From: Camelus ferus
Taxonomy: Eukaryota
Length of the DNA stretch: 64,000 nt
NCBI RefSeq assembly: GCF_009834535.1
Contig: NC_045697.1
Coordinates: forward strand, 31,498,001 to 31,562,000
Direction: 5' to 3'
In this document: piece by piece, positions 24,365-37,443 of the stretch
How the letters are laid out: the number at the start of each line of letters is the position of its first letter
Position numbering within the stretch: position 1 is the first letter of the stretch
The notes under the pieces: generated by a model
Seen by the model: only the letters and a program-made list of their open reading frames with translations
Told to the model about the DNA's origin: nothing
Database searches by the model: none
Position numbers and translations under genes: made by a program

Positions 24365-25020
24365 ATTGTGGCTCTTCTAAGAGTTTCACACACCCAGTCA
24401 AGGAAAATGGGTGATGGGTACTTCTCTCCTCATTTCAAATCTACTGAGAGCATCTTTGATGAGGCTACCTGGAATCTGGGAGTGGGCAGTAGGGAAGGAT
24501 GTATATATTTTTCCTGTGTCCCAGACATGAGCCACAAGGAAATTGCCACCTGGGTGTTTTGATTCCTGCCCTGTGAAAACCACCTGGTTTCGTGATGGGC
24601 TAAAAGTAAATCTGAACGAAGCTGACGGGTAAACAAGGAGTGGCAGGCAAGGGAAAGGATATATAGCCTTCCTCCTAGGACCTGCAGACTGGCCACCAAG
24701 GTGGAGAAGCCAGACATGCTTCTTACAGCAGAAAGGGGCAGATTTTACCCTCAGTCAGCCTCAGAGAACAGGAAGCCAGCTTCCTACCATTCCGGTCAAG
24801 TAAGAGGTTTCTGGATCCCTTCCTCACTTTCCGCACTGCATCCTGGGAGTGGTCAGTAACTACAGCTGGTGAGAGAGAGAGGAGGAAATGAGAACGAGAG
24901 AACTGCCAACCGCAGTCCCTTCCCTAAAAGCACCACCTACCTTCTCTAGGCCGTAGCTGGGCCCAAGAGTGGTAGTAGGACAACATCTAAGTGTTGAATT
25001 AAGGTTGAAATATTATTTAA
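24365..25020. mobile_element. Probable ancient LTR (family uncertain)
   Basis: Purine- and GC-richer block with LTR-like texture that appears to continue after the Tigger insertion. No diagnostic motif identified. Confidence 0.3.
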
Positions 25021-25024
25021 TGTA

Positions 25025-25493
25025 CAGATTTTTCTAGATTTACAATAGTGTTATGGTCTGATAAACTCATTATGAGTTGAAACTATCATTAAGTCAAAAG
25101 TGCTTTTAATACACCTAACCACCAGGCAGCATAGGTTAGCCTAGCCTACCTGAAACGTGCTCAGAACGCTTACATTAGCCTACAGTTGGGCAAAGTCACC
25201 TAACACAAAGGCTGTCTTATAACAGCTTATGTAATTTATTGAATACTGTACCGAAAGTGAAAAGCAGAATGGCTTTCTGGGGATAGAGTGGTTGTATGTG
25301 TATTGGTCGTTTACCCTTGTGATCGAACTGCAGCTCCCTGCACTGCCCAGCTCATGAGAGAGTATCTACTGTGTATCACTGGCCTGGAAAAGATCAAAAT
25401 TCAAAGTACAATTTCTGCCAAATGCCTATCACTTTCACGCCATCATAAAGTCAAAAAATCCTAAGCTGAACCATGTTAAGTCAGGACCAGCCG
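25025..25493 (+). mobile_element. Tigger5b/MER47-type TcMar DNA transposon with TA target duplication
   Basis: ta|cagat...ttagcctagcctacctgaaacgtgctcagaac...cctacagttgggcaaa...taagtcaggaccagccg|ta. TA at 25023-24 and 25494-95. Confidence 0.9.
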
Positions 25494-26130
25494 TACTGGA
25501 CAGGGTATTCTAATGCCTTAATTTACACTATGTTTTAAAATTGACAGTGATCATAAGCTTTCTTTTCCCTAAGTGTCTCCAGCAGGCCCATGGGCCCCTC
25601 TGAGACCCATTAGATGACAAGGGAAAAACTTTCCCCAATCTATAAAATTTAAAATATGTGTTGTAGCAAAAATTGGCTGCATTCTCCTCACCCGGAAAGT
25701 TATGTTTTGAAAGAAAAGCTGGAAAACATGCTCCAAGCAGTCTGTAACACATAGGCTGAACATTAAAGAGAGCTTTAGCTTTCTATATTATGACATTTCT
25801 AATTATAGTTGTTGCACTTGGTTTTATTATGGCTTTATAGTTAGTAAAAGCCCAAAGATATTTTTAAAGGAAAGACTAGATGAGCAACAAGAAGAGTGAT
25901 GAGAAGTGGTTGTATTTAAGGAATATTTGCTCTGTAGCTTCTTCTTTTGTGTTCTCTTAGTTGATATGAATAACCATTGATCATCCCCAATAAACTCTAA
26001 ACATCTGTGACTGTCACCCCTACCTCATCCTACCCTTCTCTACATATAATCACTAATTTTCTGTTGATCTTACCACCGAAATATTTCTCCAAAGAGATTT
26101 CTTCCTCTATTTTCTTTGATTACAAATTCC

Positions 26131-27210
26131 TTTTTTTCTTTTTTTGAAATATAATTGATTTATAATATTGAGTTAGTTTCAGGTGTACAGCAAAGTGATT
26201 TGTTAGACATATGTATATATCTATAGTTTTCAATGTTTTCCATTATAGTTTATTACAAGATATTGAATATAGTTCTCTGTGTCTATACAGTAGGTCCTTG
26301 TTGTTTACCTATTTTATATATAGTAGTGTGCATCTGTTAATCCCATATTCCCAATTTATCCCTCCCCACCCCCACCTGCATTGGTAACCATAAGTTTGTT
26401 TTCCATGTCTGTGAGTCTCTTTCCATTTTTTAAATAAGTTCATGTCTACTAATTTTTAGATTCCACAAAAAGTGGTATCATATAATATTTAACTTTCTCT
26501 TTCTGACTTATTTCACTAAGTGTAATATTCTGTAGGTCCATCCAGGTTGCTTCAAATGGAATATTTTATTCTTTTTATGGTTGAATAATGTTCCATTGTA
26601 TATTTATACCACATCTTCTTTATCCATTTATCTGTTGATGAGCACTTAGGTTGCTTCCATGTCTTGGCTAGTATAAATAGTGCTGCTATGAACATTGAGG
26701 TGCATGTATCTTTTTGAATTAGAGTTTTTATCTTTTCTGAATATATGCCCAGAAGTGGGATTGCTGGATCATATGGTAACTCTGTTATTTAATTTTTAAG
26801 GAAACTGCATACTGTTCTCCATAGCGGCTGCACTAATTTACTTTCCCACCAACAGTGTCTGAGGGTTCACTTTTCTCCACACCCTCTCCAGCATTTGTAG
26901 ACTTTTTGATGGCCATTCTGACTGATGCGGGGTGATACTTCATTGTAGTTTTGATTTGCATTTCTCTGATAATTAGCAATGTTGGGCATCTTTTCATGTG
27001 TCTGTTGGCCATCTGTATGTCTTCTTTGGAGAAATGTCTATTTAGGTCTTCTGCCCATTTTTTATTGTTTTTTTTTCCATATTGAGCTGCATGAGCTGTT
27101 TATATATTTTGAAAATTAACCTCTTATCAGTTGCATTGTTTGCAAATATTTTCTCCCATTCTCTATGTTGTTTTTCATTTTGCTTATGGTTTCCTTTGCT
27201 TTGCAAAAGC
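26131..27210 (-). mobile_element. 5'-truncated LINE-1 (ORF2 end + 3'UTR), intermediate age
   Basis: Poly-T, antisense L1 3'UTR and ORF2 text (ttggccatctgtatgtcttctttggagaaatgtcta). Confidence 0.95.
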
Positions 27211-27317
27211 ACAATTCTAATGTTTTTGTTTCCTGTTAATCTGTCTTATGTCAATTTAATTAATAGATGAGTCAAAAGAACCTAGAAGAGAAGAGGAAAC
27301 ATTTTTCCTCCCCTACA
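27211..27317 (+). mobile_element. ERV1-type LTR 3' terminal fragment
   Basis: tcctgttaatctgtcttatgtcaatttaatt...agaacctagaag...tttttcctcccctaca is typical of MER4/MER34-group LTR ends. Confidence 0.6.
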
Positions 27318-28349
27318 ACTCTAAATGAGGTATTTTTCTGTAACTGATAGATCTACACATCTGTTGCAGGTTTTAGATCATCTTCACTATGACAGATTTA
27401 ATGAACAACTCAACAAACTTGGCATGACACTTGAATGTATTGAGTCAACTGGGAAAGTTAAATATGGATGTTTTAAACCTTAATTTTGATGAGATTTTTG
27501 TAGGAGGGGAAAAAAACTTCTTAAAGACACATAGGAAGAGTACAATTCTCAAGCTTCTGTAACCTACCAGATAAAGTTAGTTACATCTGTTTGAGTAAAG
27601 ACAACAGCAGTTTAATAACTGACAGAAATTTTATTTTGTTACTTAGATGGTTACACCTAAGCTTCATTTAAATTTATTTTCCTGTACTTTGTAAATGTTT
27701 GTCACACGAACTTTGTATTATTGTCTGTGCCTTTCTTTGTCTATGCTATTTCTATGCTTTTCACGTAAATACTTGGTCATATTTTATTAATTCCAGTTTG
27801 TTTTACCTGTCAGGTTCAGTTTCCGTGTTTTATAAATATTTTTGTTTAGCATAATAAGTATCCTTTCCTGATTTAAGTCACTCTAGTTTCTTTAAATATC
27901 TGATTAAAAAATGAAATAAAAAAATCAAATGCAGATTAGTGCCTATGAAGCTCTTTTATTCGAGCTAAAAACATCCGCTTTTATAGTAATAAAAGCTCTT
28001 CTTCATGATTAGATTTAAGAGCACACATGGTGATTACCTGCAAGAATGTAATTCCCAAGCAAGCAGCACTTGACGCTCACTTTTGGCTCGTTATCAAAAA
28101 TCAGAAAGCACAAGGCACACACTAAACATTTTTTAAAGTATTTTAGTAGGGCTACAGTCAAAAAAGTTTCTAGAGATGATTGCTTGAATAGTTATGAAAA
28201 GAGGTTAGAAAAGTAATGAGTGAAAAGAAACATGTGTGCAGTAATAGAATACTTACTACCTTATTTTTAATCAAACAGAATTTCAAGCACCTTCTCTTCA
28301 TCTTTCTCTCACCCTCATCAGGTACCATACATAGAGTGATGCTTAAGGA

Positions 28350-28541
28350 AGCTGTAGGGGAACTGACTGGGTTGTGGTCCTTGCTCCATTACTTCCTGCC
28401 TGTGTGATATTGAGCAGGTTACTTAACATTAGCTTTAGTTTCTTAACATTAGTGTTTAGTTTCTTCATCTTTAAAATAGTGACAACAGTATTTACCCCCT
28501 TGGGTAAATGGGGTTGTATGAGAATTAAATGAGATATTACA
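28350..28541 (+). mobile_element. MIR SINE, 5' part (3' part resumes at ~31100-31160)
   Basis: ctgtgtgatattgagcaggttacttaac...agtttcttcatctttaaaat...gagaattaaatgagatattaca. Confidence 0.8.
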
Positions 28542-31094
28542 TGTTTGGTAGTAATCAGTGCTGTTTACTAAATATTCCTGGTTCTCTCCCCTCTGGGAAT
28601 GAGATAGGACTGACTTCCATGGTCTCTTCGTGATTGCATAGGGTTGTATAACTTCTGAAGTGGCACATGTTACCTCTAGGCCAGAACATGTAGTTGATGT
28701 ACAAGACCCAGCAGGGCCCTTTTTCCCTAGCTGTAGCAACTAGCAACATTTAAAATGGTTGTTCTTCTATTACCGTGTCCCTGAGTAAGTACAACAATTG
28801 GGACCCCCGGGAACTCACGATGGACATGTAGAATAGATGAATAACAAGCTTGTTGAGTTAAGCACCTGAGATTTTCTTTCTTCCCTTTATCACCGTGTGA
28901 ACCTCTCCTATCATGACTAATACAAATATTGATAACTAGAAGCGGGTAACTCCATTTAAAAACACCCTAAACGTGTGGCATTGGCGTAGGGACTTGCTCA
29001 TGGATAGTGAAGAAACTGCCATTAGATACCAGAAGGATGGGGATCCCTCCTATACAGCACAAACTTTCTTAAAAATTGGCTCCTGCAATAACATGGAAAA
29101 TAGACGAAGTCCCTCATGAGAATGTAGCTTTGGGGAAGAAACTGAAAAACAGAAAGTTGCTAGCACATTTTAGTTGCTGCTGGCAATGTCTGACGAAGCG
29201 TTATAAGAAAGAAATAAGCACAATTTGAAACAGAGATTAAAAGAGAATAGAGAAAGTACAGAAATGTGGAGACTTGCAGTGGTCACAGAGCAAGGTAGGT
29301 AATGCCTCTCATCTATTTTTAAGAGTAAACTGAGAATTCCTTTGAACATCAGAGACCAATTAGATATCTAGACCATTCTGCAGGAAGCAAATCAAGGTGT
29401 AACTAGTTCAAATCTCTAAATAGATTAAAGCCCTCCACTAAAATCCTTTTAGTTAGATAAAATGGTTGGGGGAAGGTTGAAGGGGAATTCAAAGTATCTG
29501 CAATTAAGTTGAAAATATCTCACGTGTGGCTTCTGGCAGAAGAACTAAAATAAGATGTATGTCTCCTATTAAGTTTTTAAGAAAATTGTACTGGGAAAGA
29601 AATCATGAACCTGGGCTAAAATACTATTTTAAACACTATAAAGAACTATATACAACAACCCTTGGATTTCCAACTTTCTAGGCACAGAAAGAGGGTGCAG
29701 AAAGTTGCTTAGCCCTGAAGAATTTCTCCAATCCCCGGATATGGTAATGGAGAAGGAAGATTTATATGGGAAACAGAACTTCTCCAAGGTCTGCCATAAA
29801 CAAAGGATTGCGAAGCACATCCCAGAAATAATATCAGGGTTCTAATTAAGAAACAATTCTCATCCCAAGGGTTGGAGGTCTTTGCAATATCGGCCCAGCT
29901 AATTTTTTAAAAATTTCTATGGACCACAAACTTCTATGTCTGCACTTTTATCCTTCCAAACAATGTCACTTGAAGTTATCCTGTCCTTCTACAGCTGTGT
30001 TAGGTGTTTTGAAGTAATTCTCAATGATCTGTGCCTTATGGATATTCATGTCCTTGTGAATCCCTCTCCCCATGAGTGTGAGCTGAGCCTGATGACTTGC
30101 TCCTAACAAATACACATGAAAAAAGTTTTTAGATATCACTCCCAGCATTTGATTATAGAAGGATGAGACTTTATCTTACTTGCACTCTCTTTTGCCCTCT
30201 CATTGCTAGCTTTGTTAACATCAGGTGCCATATTTACAACTACCCATGGGGTTATACATAGTAAAAAACCAAGGGAGGTCACCAGGCAGCAACTTGAGAC
30301 AAAACAAGGCCCTCAATCTAATGACCCACAAGGAATGGATCTTTCTAATAATCGCTGAGTGAATGTGAAAGTTGATCTTGCCCTCTGTGAAATCTTCATA
30401 ACTGTGGTCTTGGTTGAAACCTTGCAGCTTTATAAAATCTTGAGCCCCAAAACCCAGTTAATCCATGCCCAGATTCCTGACACAGAAACTCACAGTGAGA
30501 TGATAAATGGTGTTTTAAATTTTCAGGTGACTTTGCCACTCAGCAATATATAGATAACAGATTTTGTACACTGGATGAGTAAAAGGCAAATTTGTACTGT
30601 TTTAAGTCACTGTGTTTTCAGATCATGACATGATGCATCTGGGCTTCATATGGAAGCAAGTGTTCATTTCTCAGAGGAGCTAAACTTTCAACTCAGTTTC
30701 ACATGAAGGGGAGTGAATTAAATATCCAATAACAAGAAGAGAGGACTTCTGTAGTCAATAAAGCACTTAACCAAATATTTCTGTTTATTTCCCCTTCTAG
30801 GCACAAGGTTGGACAATTTCTTGGCTGTCTTATGATTACATGGGTCATTTGATTAGTTCTGTTAAGCTCTGAGCATTTAAACCTCTCTTTTCATCATAGA
30901 AACATGATAATGTTTGAAATGGTGGCTACTTTTTTATCTTGGGTCGCTGATACAGTAAGAAGGGTCTCTCTGTTGATTTGCAAAGGATATGTAGCATGAG
31001 TGAGAAATACATCCTTCTTGTGATAAGCCACTAAGATTTTAAAGATGTGTTATAGTATGGTGTAATGTAACCTTCATGTATTGTGACATATACA
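28542..31094 (+). mobile_element. MaLR (MLT1I/J-type) provirus: 5'LTR 28542-28924, internal region, PPT ~30734-30745, 3'LTR 30750-31094
   Basis: Two related LTRs (ctaaatattcctggttctctcccctctggg vs ccaaatatttctgtttatttccccttctagg; both end in taca). Polypurine tract aagaagagagga before the 3'LTR. TSD ttaca/ataca. Confidence 0.85.
29996..30559 (+). mobile_element. MLT1E/F-type solo LTR nested in the MaLR internal region
   Basis: tcaatgatc...attcatgtccttgtgaatccctctccccatgagtgtgagctg...gcccagattcctgacacagaaac...tgagatgataaatg...cagcaatatatagataaca. Confidence 0.8.
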
Positions 31095-32384
31095 ATACAT
31101 GAAGTGCTGAAATTTGCTTTACATCAAGAATAAAGACCCTAAATAAATGTTACTATTCTTGTCTTCATAATTACTCTGGAATAAGTCTAGAACCTGTGAG
31201 ATAATTTCACAAGCCGGCTCTAAACTGAAGCACAATGTAGACATCTATAACCATATTGTAGAGTTATAAGACCCTTAAGCCACAGAAATACTTTTTTTTT
31301 CCTTTATGGTTCCTATTTAGCAAAATATCCTGAAATTTAATTGTTTTTGAAGAAATTTCACACAAAATCATCCTAAATGGAAGTATAAAATTGTAAAATT
31401 ACTTTGGAGAGAATTGGGCTATTTAGTAAAGTAAAAAATGATTATGTCAAAGGACCCAAACAATCCAGCTTTTAGATTTTTGCAGTTTTTTTCTGTCTGT
31501 GAAGAGAATTGGCTCCTGACAAATCTTCCATAGAGCAAATCTTCTAAATCAAAAACCTAATGACCATTTTATAAATACATAGCAAGGCATTTATATAACA
31601 CACAATTTTGGACATTTAATAAAAAAAAAACAAGTAAAAAAATCCATCAGATAATTAAAAAATTTTGCTGATAATAACTAATAAAAACTAACAAAGAATA
31701 ATATCATAAGATGACATAGTGCAACATGTACTAACTAAACAATTGTATGTTCCTATGTTTGTTCCCAGTTCCTCTACTTAGCTTTATTATGAGTGGAATC
31801 AAAATTGTTTCTTAAAAACTTGAAAAAATGACTCTTATGCACTTTAGAGTTACATCATTTTATAAAACTCTTCATGAAGTCAAAATCTAATAAGACAAAA
31901 AAAATCTGTATGTCTTGTGAATCCCTTATAATTTTTTTTTGCTTTCTATTTTATTAATCTCTACTTATCTTTATATACATCCTTCGATTTCTGCTAGGGG
32001 TACTTTGTTTCACTTTTTCTATAGTTTTCATTTTAATGTGTTATCCATTTGCTTTTTAAATACATAGGCTCCTCACACACGTATGTCATAGTTTTGCTGG
32101 TGTTTGCTGTGTGATGTATCTATTTCTAATTGAAAGGTGTTAAAAACCTCTCATTACATGGTATTTTTATTTCATTTTTGATTCTGTCACTTCATGATTT
32201 ATGTATTTTGAGGCTTTTTTGTAACACACATATAAAATATTTATTTATAAATACAGTTTCTGGATTTCTCTTTTTATTGCCATGTGCCCTTTTTACCCAC
32301 ATTTATGCTAATTAAATGATGTATGATATTTTTATTACTTACCTTATTTAGTTCATGTTTGCCTGGCATATTTTAAACCCTTCC

Positions 32385-32490
32385 ACATAAATAATTTAGT
32401 ATCATTTATTAGGTCTACCTATTTTAATAGTATACATAAATAATTTAGTATCATTTATTAGGTCTACCTATTTTAACAGTATACATAAAT
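32385..32490. repeat. 49-bp tandem duplication (2 copies + 8 bp, 1 mismatch)
   Basis: acataaataatttagtatcatttattaggtctacctattttaa(t/c)agtat starts at 32385 and 32434, with a partial third start at 32483. Confidence 0.95.
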
Positions 32491-32667
32491 GCTGTAAAAG
32501 GGGAGAATAAAAAATTGCAATCTCACCTAAGAAGTACAGATATGCTCCTAAAGATAAAGCCACAACAACTCAGAAAAAAAAAACAATGCTAAATTCTTTA
32601 GAAAAATATTTTGAACTTAAATGCCAATACTAAGATAGGATTTTCTTGCTCTAAAATAATTTAATAA

Positions 32668-33056
32668 TGGGTTTGGGGAGAGGGAGGGAGGGAGGAATGA
32701 ATAGATGGAGCACAAGGGATTTTTAGGGCAATGAAATTATTCTGTATGATACTATAGTGGTGCCTACATGTCATTATGCATTTGTCAAAACCCATAGAAT
32801 GTACAACTTTAAGAGTGAACCCTCATGTAAACTATGGATTTTGGTTGGTAATAACGTGCCAGTGTTAGTTCATTGATTGTACTTAATATGCCACACTGAT
32901 GAGGGATGTTGTGGGTAGGGGAGTATATAGGTGCAGGTGGGGAGAGCTATGTGGGAACTCTGTATTTTCTGCTCAATTCTTCTGTAACCTGAAACTGCTC
33001 TAAAAGAATAAAGTCTATTAAAAATAAATAAATAAATAAATAAAGTGATAAAAAAT
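32668..33056 (+). mobile_element. L1MC1/2-type 3' end with A-rich tail and degenerate 15-bp TSD
   Basis: gaatagatggagcaca...gtcaaaacccatagaatgtacaac...(aaat)n. TSD aaaataatttaataa at 32653-32667 vs aaaatgatttaataa at 33057-33071. Confidence 0.9.
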
Positions 33057-33071
33057 AAAATGATTTAATAA

Positions 33072-34750
33072 AATATACCTATAGATTGCCTAGAAATATT
33101 TTTGAATTCAAGAAGGATAAATAAAATTATCTTCAAGATAAACATTAACATGACATAAAATTTCTTTGCAATATTAAATGCTGGATGATAATGAAACTCT
33201 ACTATATAACTGTAAAGGGAAAAGAAGTTTGACTCAAGGATTTTATTTCTAGCTAGATTGTATTTCATGTGAAAAAGCCATTTCAAGAATAGTCAGATAC
33301 AATATAGCACATACCTATGTAACTTTCTTGAAAAAAGCATGTAATGATGCAATCAGAATGCCAAGATAAGAAAATCAAACTAAGGTGACAATAAGCAAAC
33401 ACATGGTCAGAAATTACAGGCAATTAATTTTGAATATGCATTTAAATCGAAGAAGTTTTTATAGTTATTCAAAGCCCAGAAGGTGTAAGTGGAAGAAAAT
33501 GCAAGTTGTCTGATGTACCAAAAGGATATTATAAAAGATCCTTGCTAATTTTCACAAAAACTTAGTCTGAAAAATACTTTGGAAATCTTAAAGATGACTT
33601 GTAATCATATTTATGAAATAATCCATCAATTTAGTCAATCAAACAATATTAATGCATAGTTATCATCTTTTTATTAAAAGCCTAATAGTGTCCAGTTTCT
33701 AGAAAGAGCAACATAAATAATATCCATTCTACTACTCAAGAATATCACAGTTCAGTGAGGAAAATTAACAAAAGCAGTTAATTATAAAGCAGGGCATAAA
33801 TATGCAGAGTAACAGGAAACACAATCAAAGAACCAAAGAAAGTAGAGCTCTGTGTGAGAATGGTCGGGGGAACTGAGATTGACGTAAAGAGAATTAAAGG
33901 AACAACAAAATGAATGTTAGGCAAACCAATGTCGGTAGAGGAAGCAGAGTAGGGGATCTTTTTGTCTAGGTAAAATGTACAATTGAAAAAGAGAGAGAGA
34001 GACAAGAAAGAGCATGGCAGAGGAAACAAGATCAGACTGTTGACTCTAAATGGTAAAGAGCATAGTGACTATAAATTAAAATGGCAAAGCCAATCTGTGG
34101 AAGGTCTTGCATTCTTGAGTCTTATTGTGTCCATTATCACCATAGTGTGTAGATATAATGGAATAAGACAGTTTACAAATTAAAACATGTTGGCAAGAAA
34201 ACAGTAAGCATAATAGAAGATGACAGAAGTGAGCATAAAAACATTAACTTAGGAAAAACCACTTAAATACACTAAAGTATCAAAATGGATTAACAAATAA
34301 AATCTAACTTCATGCTTTATCCAAGGTATACCTAAAACAAAGTATCGTAGAATTGTAAATAATTGTAAATAATGAATGAATGAATGGGAAAATATGTATC
34401 AAGCAAATGGTCACACAAGCAAGGATGGTAGCATTATTTTTGATATACTAGATAATAACTATAAATAGACTAAGGAATCTAAAGAAGACATGAGAAAATA
34501 CAAAATATGTAAAGAAAACTTGAGGAAGGAATTAATAGATGAAAAATAAAACAGAAATAAATTATAGATAGAAAACAATAGATAATTCTAAAAACTATGT
34601 AGTATTATAATTATTTTCCTTGAATCATGAAAAAAAGAAGAAAAACACAAAGTACTCAGAGATGAAAATGAAACAACGAGCACATTGAGGAGTGTTAATC
34701 ATTTATCATTCTATGCTGAGGAATTTGAAAATCAAAATGAATTGATTGAA
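33072..34750 (+). mobile_element. Highly decayed L1ME/HAL1 fragments, probably with L2 pieces
   Basis: A-rich strand with L1-like phrases (caaggattttatttctagctagattg; atatgtatcaagcaaatgg). Patchy match only. Confidence 0.45.
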
Positions 34751-35819
34751 TGAATAAAAATGTGTGTCATGAATCCTTAACTTCCAAATTGACATCTCAA
34801 GCACAGAGCTCACTTCAGGAACAACAGACTCAATTGCCCTCTAAGTGATTACATTTGCATCCTCAGAGGCAATTCAGATCTCATTTGTTCACGATGAATT
34901 TATCGTCTTCTACCTACAAATCCCCCTCTCCCAAGCCCACTTTCCCTTCCCACCCTACACAGCACACTCATCACAAAACTGTCCCTCCTCATTGTTTTAC
35001 TTCCTGCAGAGAATATCACTGAGAGTTGTCCAGTACACCTGGCTTTCAGGGCAAGGGTTTTGTCTAGTTCACTGTTTTATCAATAGTGACTGGCATTACC
35101 AACCTGGGTATTATTATCAAGGAAATCATCAATTTTATGCTCAAAAATGGGTCAATGCTGAAAGGAATTTAAATTGGTAAAAATGTTTTCTGAAAGGCAA
35201 ATTGGAAGTAAGTAATGTAAGTTATAAGATTGTCTATATCTTTTTATCTGTATTTTTACCGCTAATGGTGCATTTAAAGATAAAGAAAAACATATATATA
35301 GAAAGATATAACTTTGTTATTTTACTAACAGAACAATGCATACAACCTAAGTACACCACGATATGATAATAGATGGAGTAAATTAAATATAACATACCTT
35401 TATATAAAATCTTATGTTGCTATCAAAAATTAGGTATGATGACATGGTGAAAAGATTCAACATGCACTGCCAAGTTTTAGGAAAAAGCATATATACAGTA
35501 CTATCCTAATTTTAAAATACAATGATTTGTTTGTATATAAAAACTACTTTTATGAATGTATTCAACAAAATCTGAGCTCCTATGATGTGCCAGTCATTCA
35601 TTAAGGGCTAGAGACACTTGCATGCATAAGACCCAGGTCCTACCCTTGCAAACTGAATATCACTACTTAGTTTTGCAATTGTTTGTTTAGAAAACAAGCA
35701 ATATTTATACTTAAATCCACTTTTATGCATGCTTGATTGAAACCTCAGTCCTCTTGAAACAGTTTCTACAACTCAGCATTTGGGGAAAGGAAACCGAAAG
35801 GCGCAGTGTCCTCAGGGAA

Positions 35820-36060
35820 TATGGATGCACTGACAGAGCCTTAGCTCACTATCCATTTGAATCCGATTGGTTGAGATTTAATCCAGGCTCACGACCTCCT
35901 AGCTCTGTGACTTCCACGAGTTCTTTAAGCTCTCCAAGTTTCCTTCCTCTTGAGAAAACAAATGACTAAATAAACTTCAGTTGAATCATAATTTTGAATA
36001 AAATAATGAGTATTTAGTATCTTGCCTATTGCATCGTAAGTTCTCAGATATTATTATCTC
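35820..36060 (+). mobile_element. MIR SINE fossil
   Basis: tttaatccaggctc...cctagctctgtgactt...tttaagctctccaagtttcct. Confidence 0.6.
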
Positions 36061-37263
36061 AAAGGTTATTATTCATTCCTAGAAGGAATAGTGAGGAGAA
36101 AAGAGTGGAAGGTAAAGAGAGAAAGCCAAGAGCATTAGTGGAGGAACTCTGGGACTAGCTCTGACAGAACACAGAAGGTGAAGCTCTGCCAAGCTTGGGG
36201 ACAGAGGATGAACATTACTGAAGATTCCTTAGAGCAGATGGTATTTGACTTTGACCTTAAAGGCAAGATTTTGCTACATAACAATTAGAAAAAAATACAT
36301 TTCCATGCATACGTATCATGTAGATATGGCTATGACTAGATCAGATGCCATCTGGGGAAATGTTTCATTTAAAAAGACAGTTTTATGACATCCTTTCAGT
36401 TTTAAAAAATACGATGTTTATGGTGTTGTTAGTGGAGGTGTTGGCTTTTTCTTTTTTCTTTTTAAAGTTTATTTTCTCTTCTTATCTTCCCTTTATCTTT
36501 CTTCCTCCCTTTGTCAAATCTTGCCTTGATTAACTTATAACTGGCCTTGAATAGCTGAAAATATGAATGATTCTCTAGAACCATGAATTGGCCGTGAGGA
36601 TTCCCAGCTGGAACTTGGGAAAAGGACTGGGGCAACCTGTTAATTCTTCATGGGGTGAAACCAGCTTCTAAACCTGAAGAAAATACAATTCCTCCAGTTA
36701 AGAAAAAGAATCCCAGTAATGTCCCAGGAAAATCCCCCACTGGGCAGTATTGCCCCATCTTTAATATTTCCTTTGATGATAAGACTGTTTTCTAAATTAG
36801 TTGAAGCCTGGATGCCTCAACTTAAAAACAAACTGATTTATCTTGTTTATAGTGCAGCCATTTAAATTTAGGCTCAAAAGCTATTTGGGAAACAGAATGT
36901 ATGACCAGCTTTTAGCAATATAATTTAAAAGGTTTAGTAGATAATTTCTGCGTGGGTCTCACAACACTCAAATGCCTGGTAACTGTAGACTAAGAGTCAT
37001 GGCACAACTTTGATAGCCTCATAAAAGAAAGGGCTCTCTTCCTCTCTATACAATCTTAAGAGAGGTGGCCATTGTTCTAAAGCAAAAGCATTTGTAGAAT
37101 TGCCATTTCTCCCCCTGTCAGATGAGGCAGGCCTCTTTCTTAGGGAATTTTAACCTCCCACACAATGCCACTGCCCCTGTCTCCATCCTCTTCTTAATCT
37201 GGAGGTGTGCCTTCTGAAATGGATGAAATGAATCTGGAATCCTTAGCTTGTTTGGAATGGGAA

Positions 37264-37443
37264 TGCAGTAGACAGCCTCTGACATGGTATTCAATGACCC
37301 TTTCTTCTGGGTATCACACGTTCATATAATTCCCTCTCCTTGAGTGTCAGCTGGACTTATTGACTACCTTCTACCAAATAGAATATGGAAGTTATGGGAT
37401 GCCATTTTTGTGATTCGGATATAAAAAGATCATGGCTTCAGTC
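37264..37443 (+). mobile_element. MLT1E/F-type LTR 5' fragment
   Basis: tagacagcctctgacatgg...caatgaccc...taattccctctccttgagtgtcagctggactta...aatagaatatgg; similar to 30020-30170. Confidence 0.75.

Noticed and set aside
32385..32490. CRISPR-like array (also 57830-57898)
   Set aside because: Adjacent tandem copies without spacers, in mammalian DNA.
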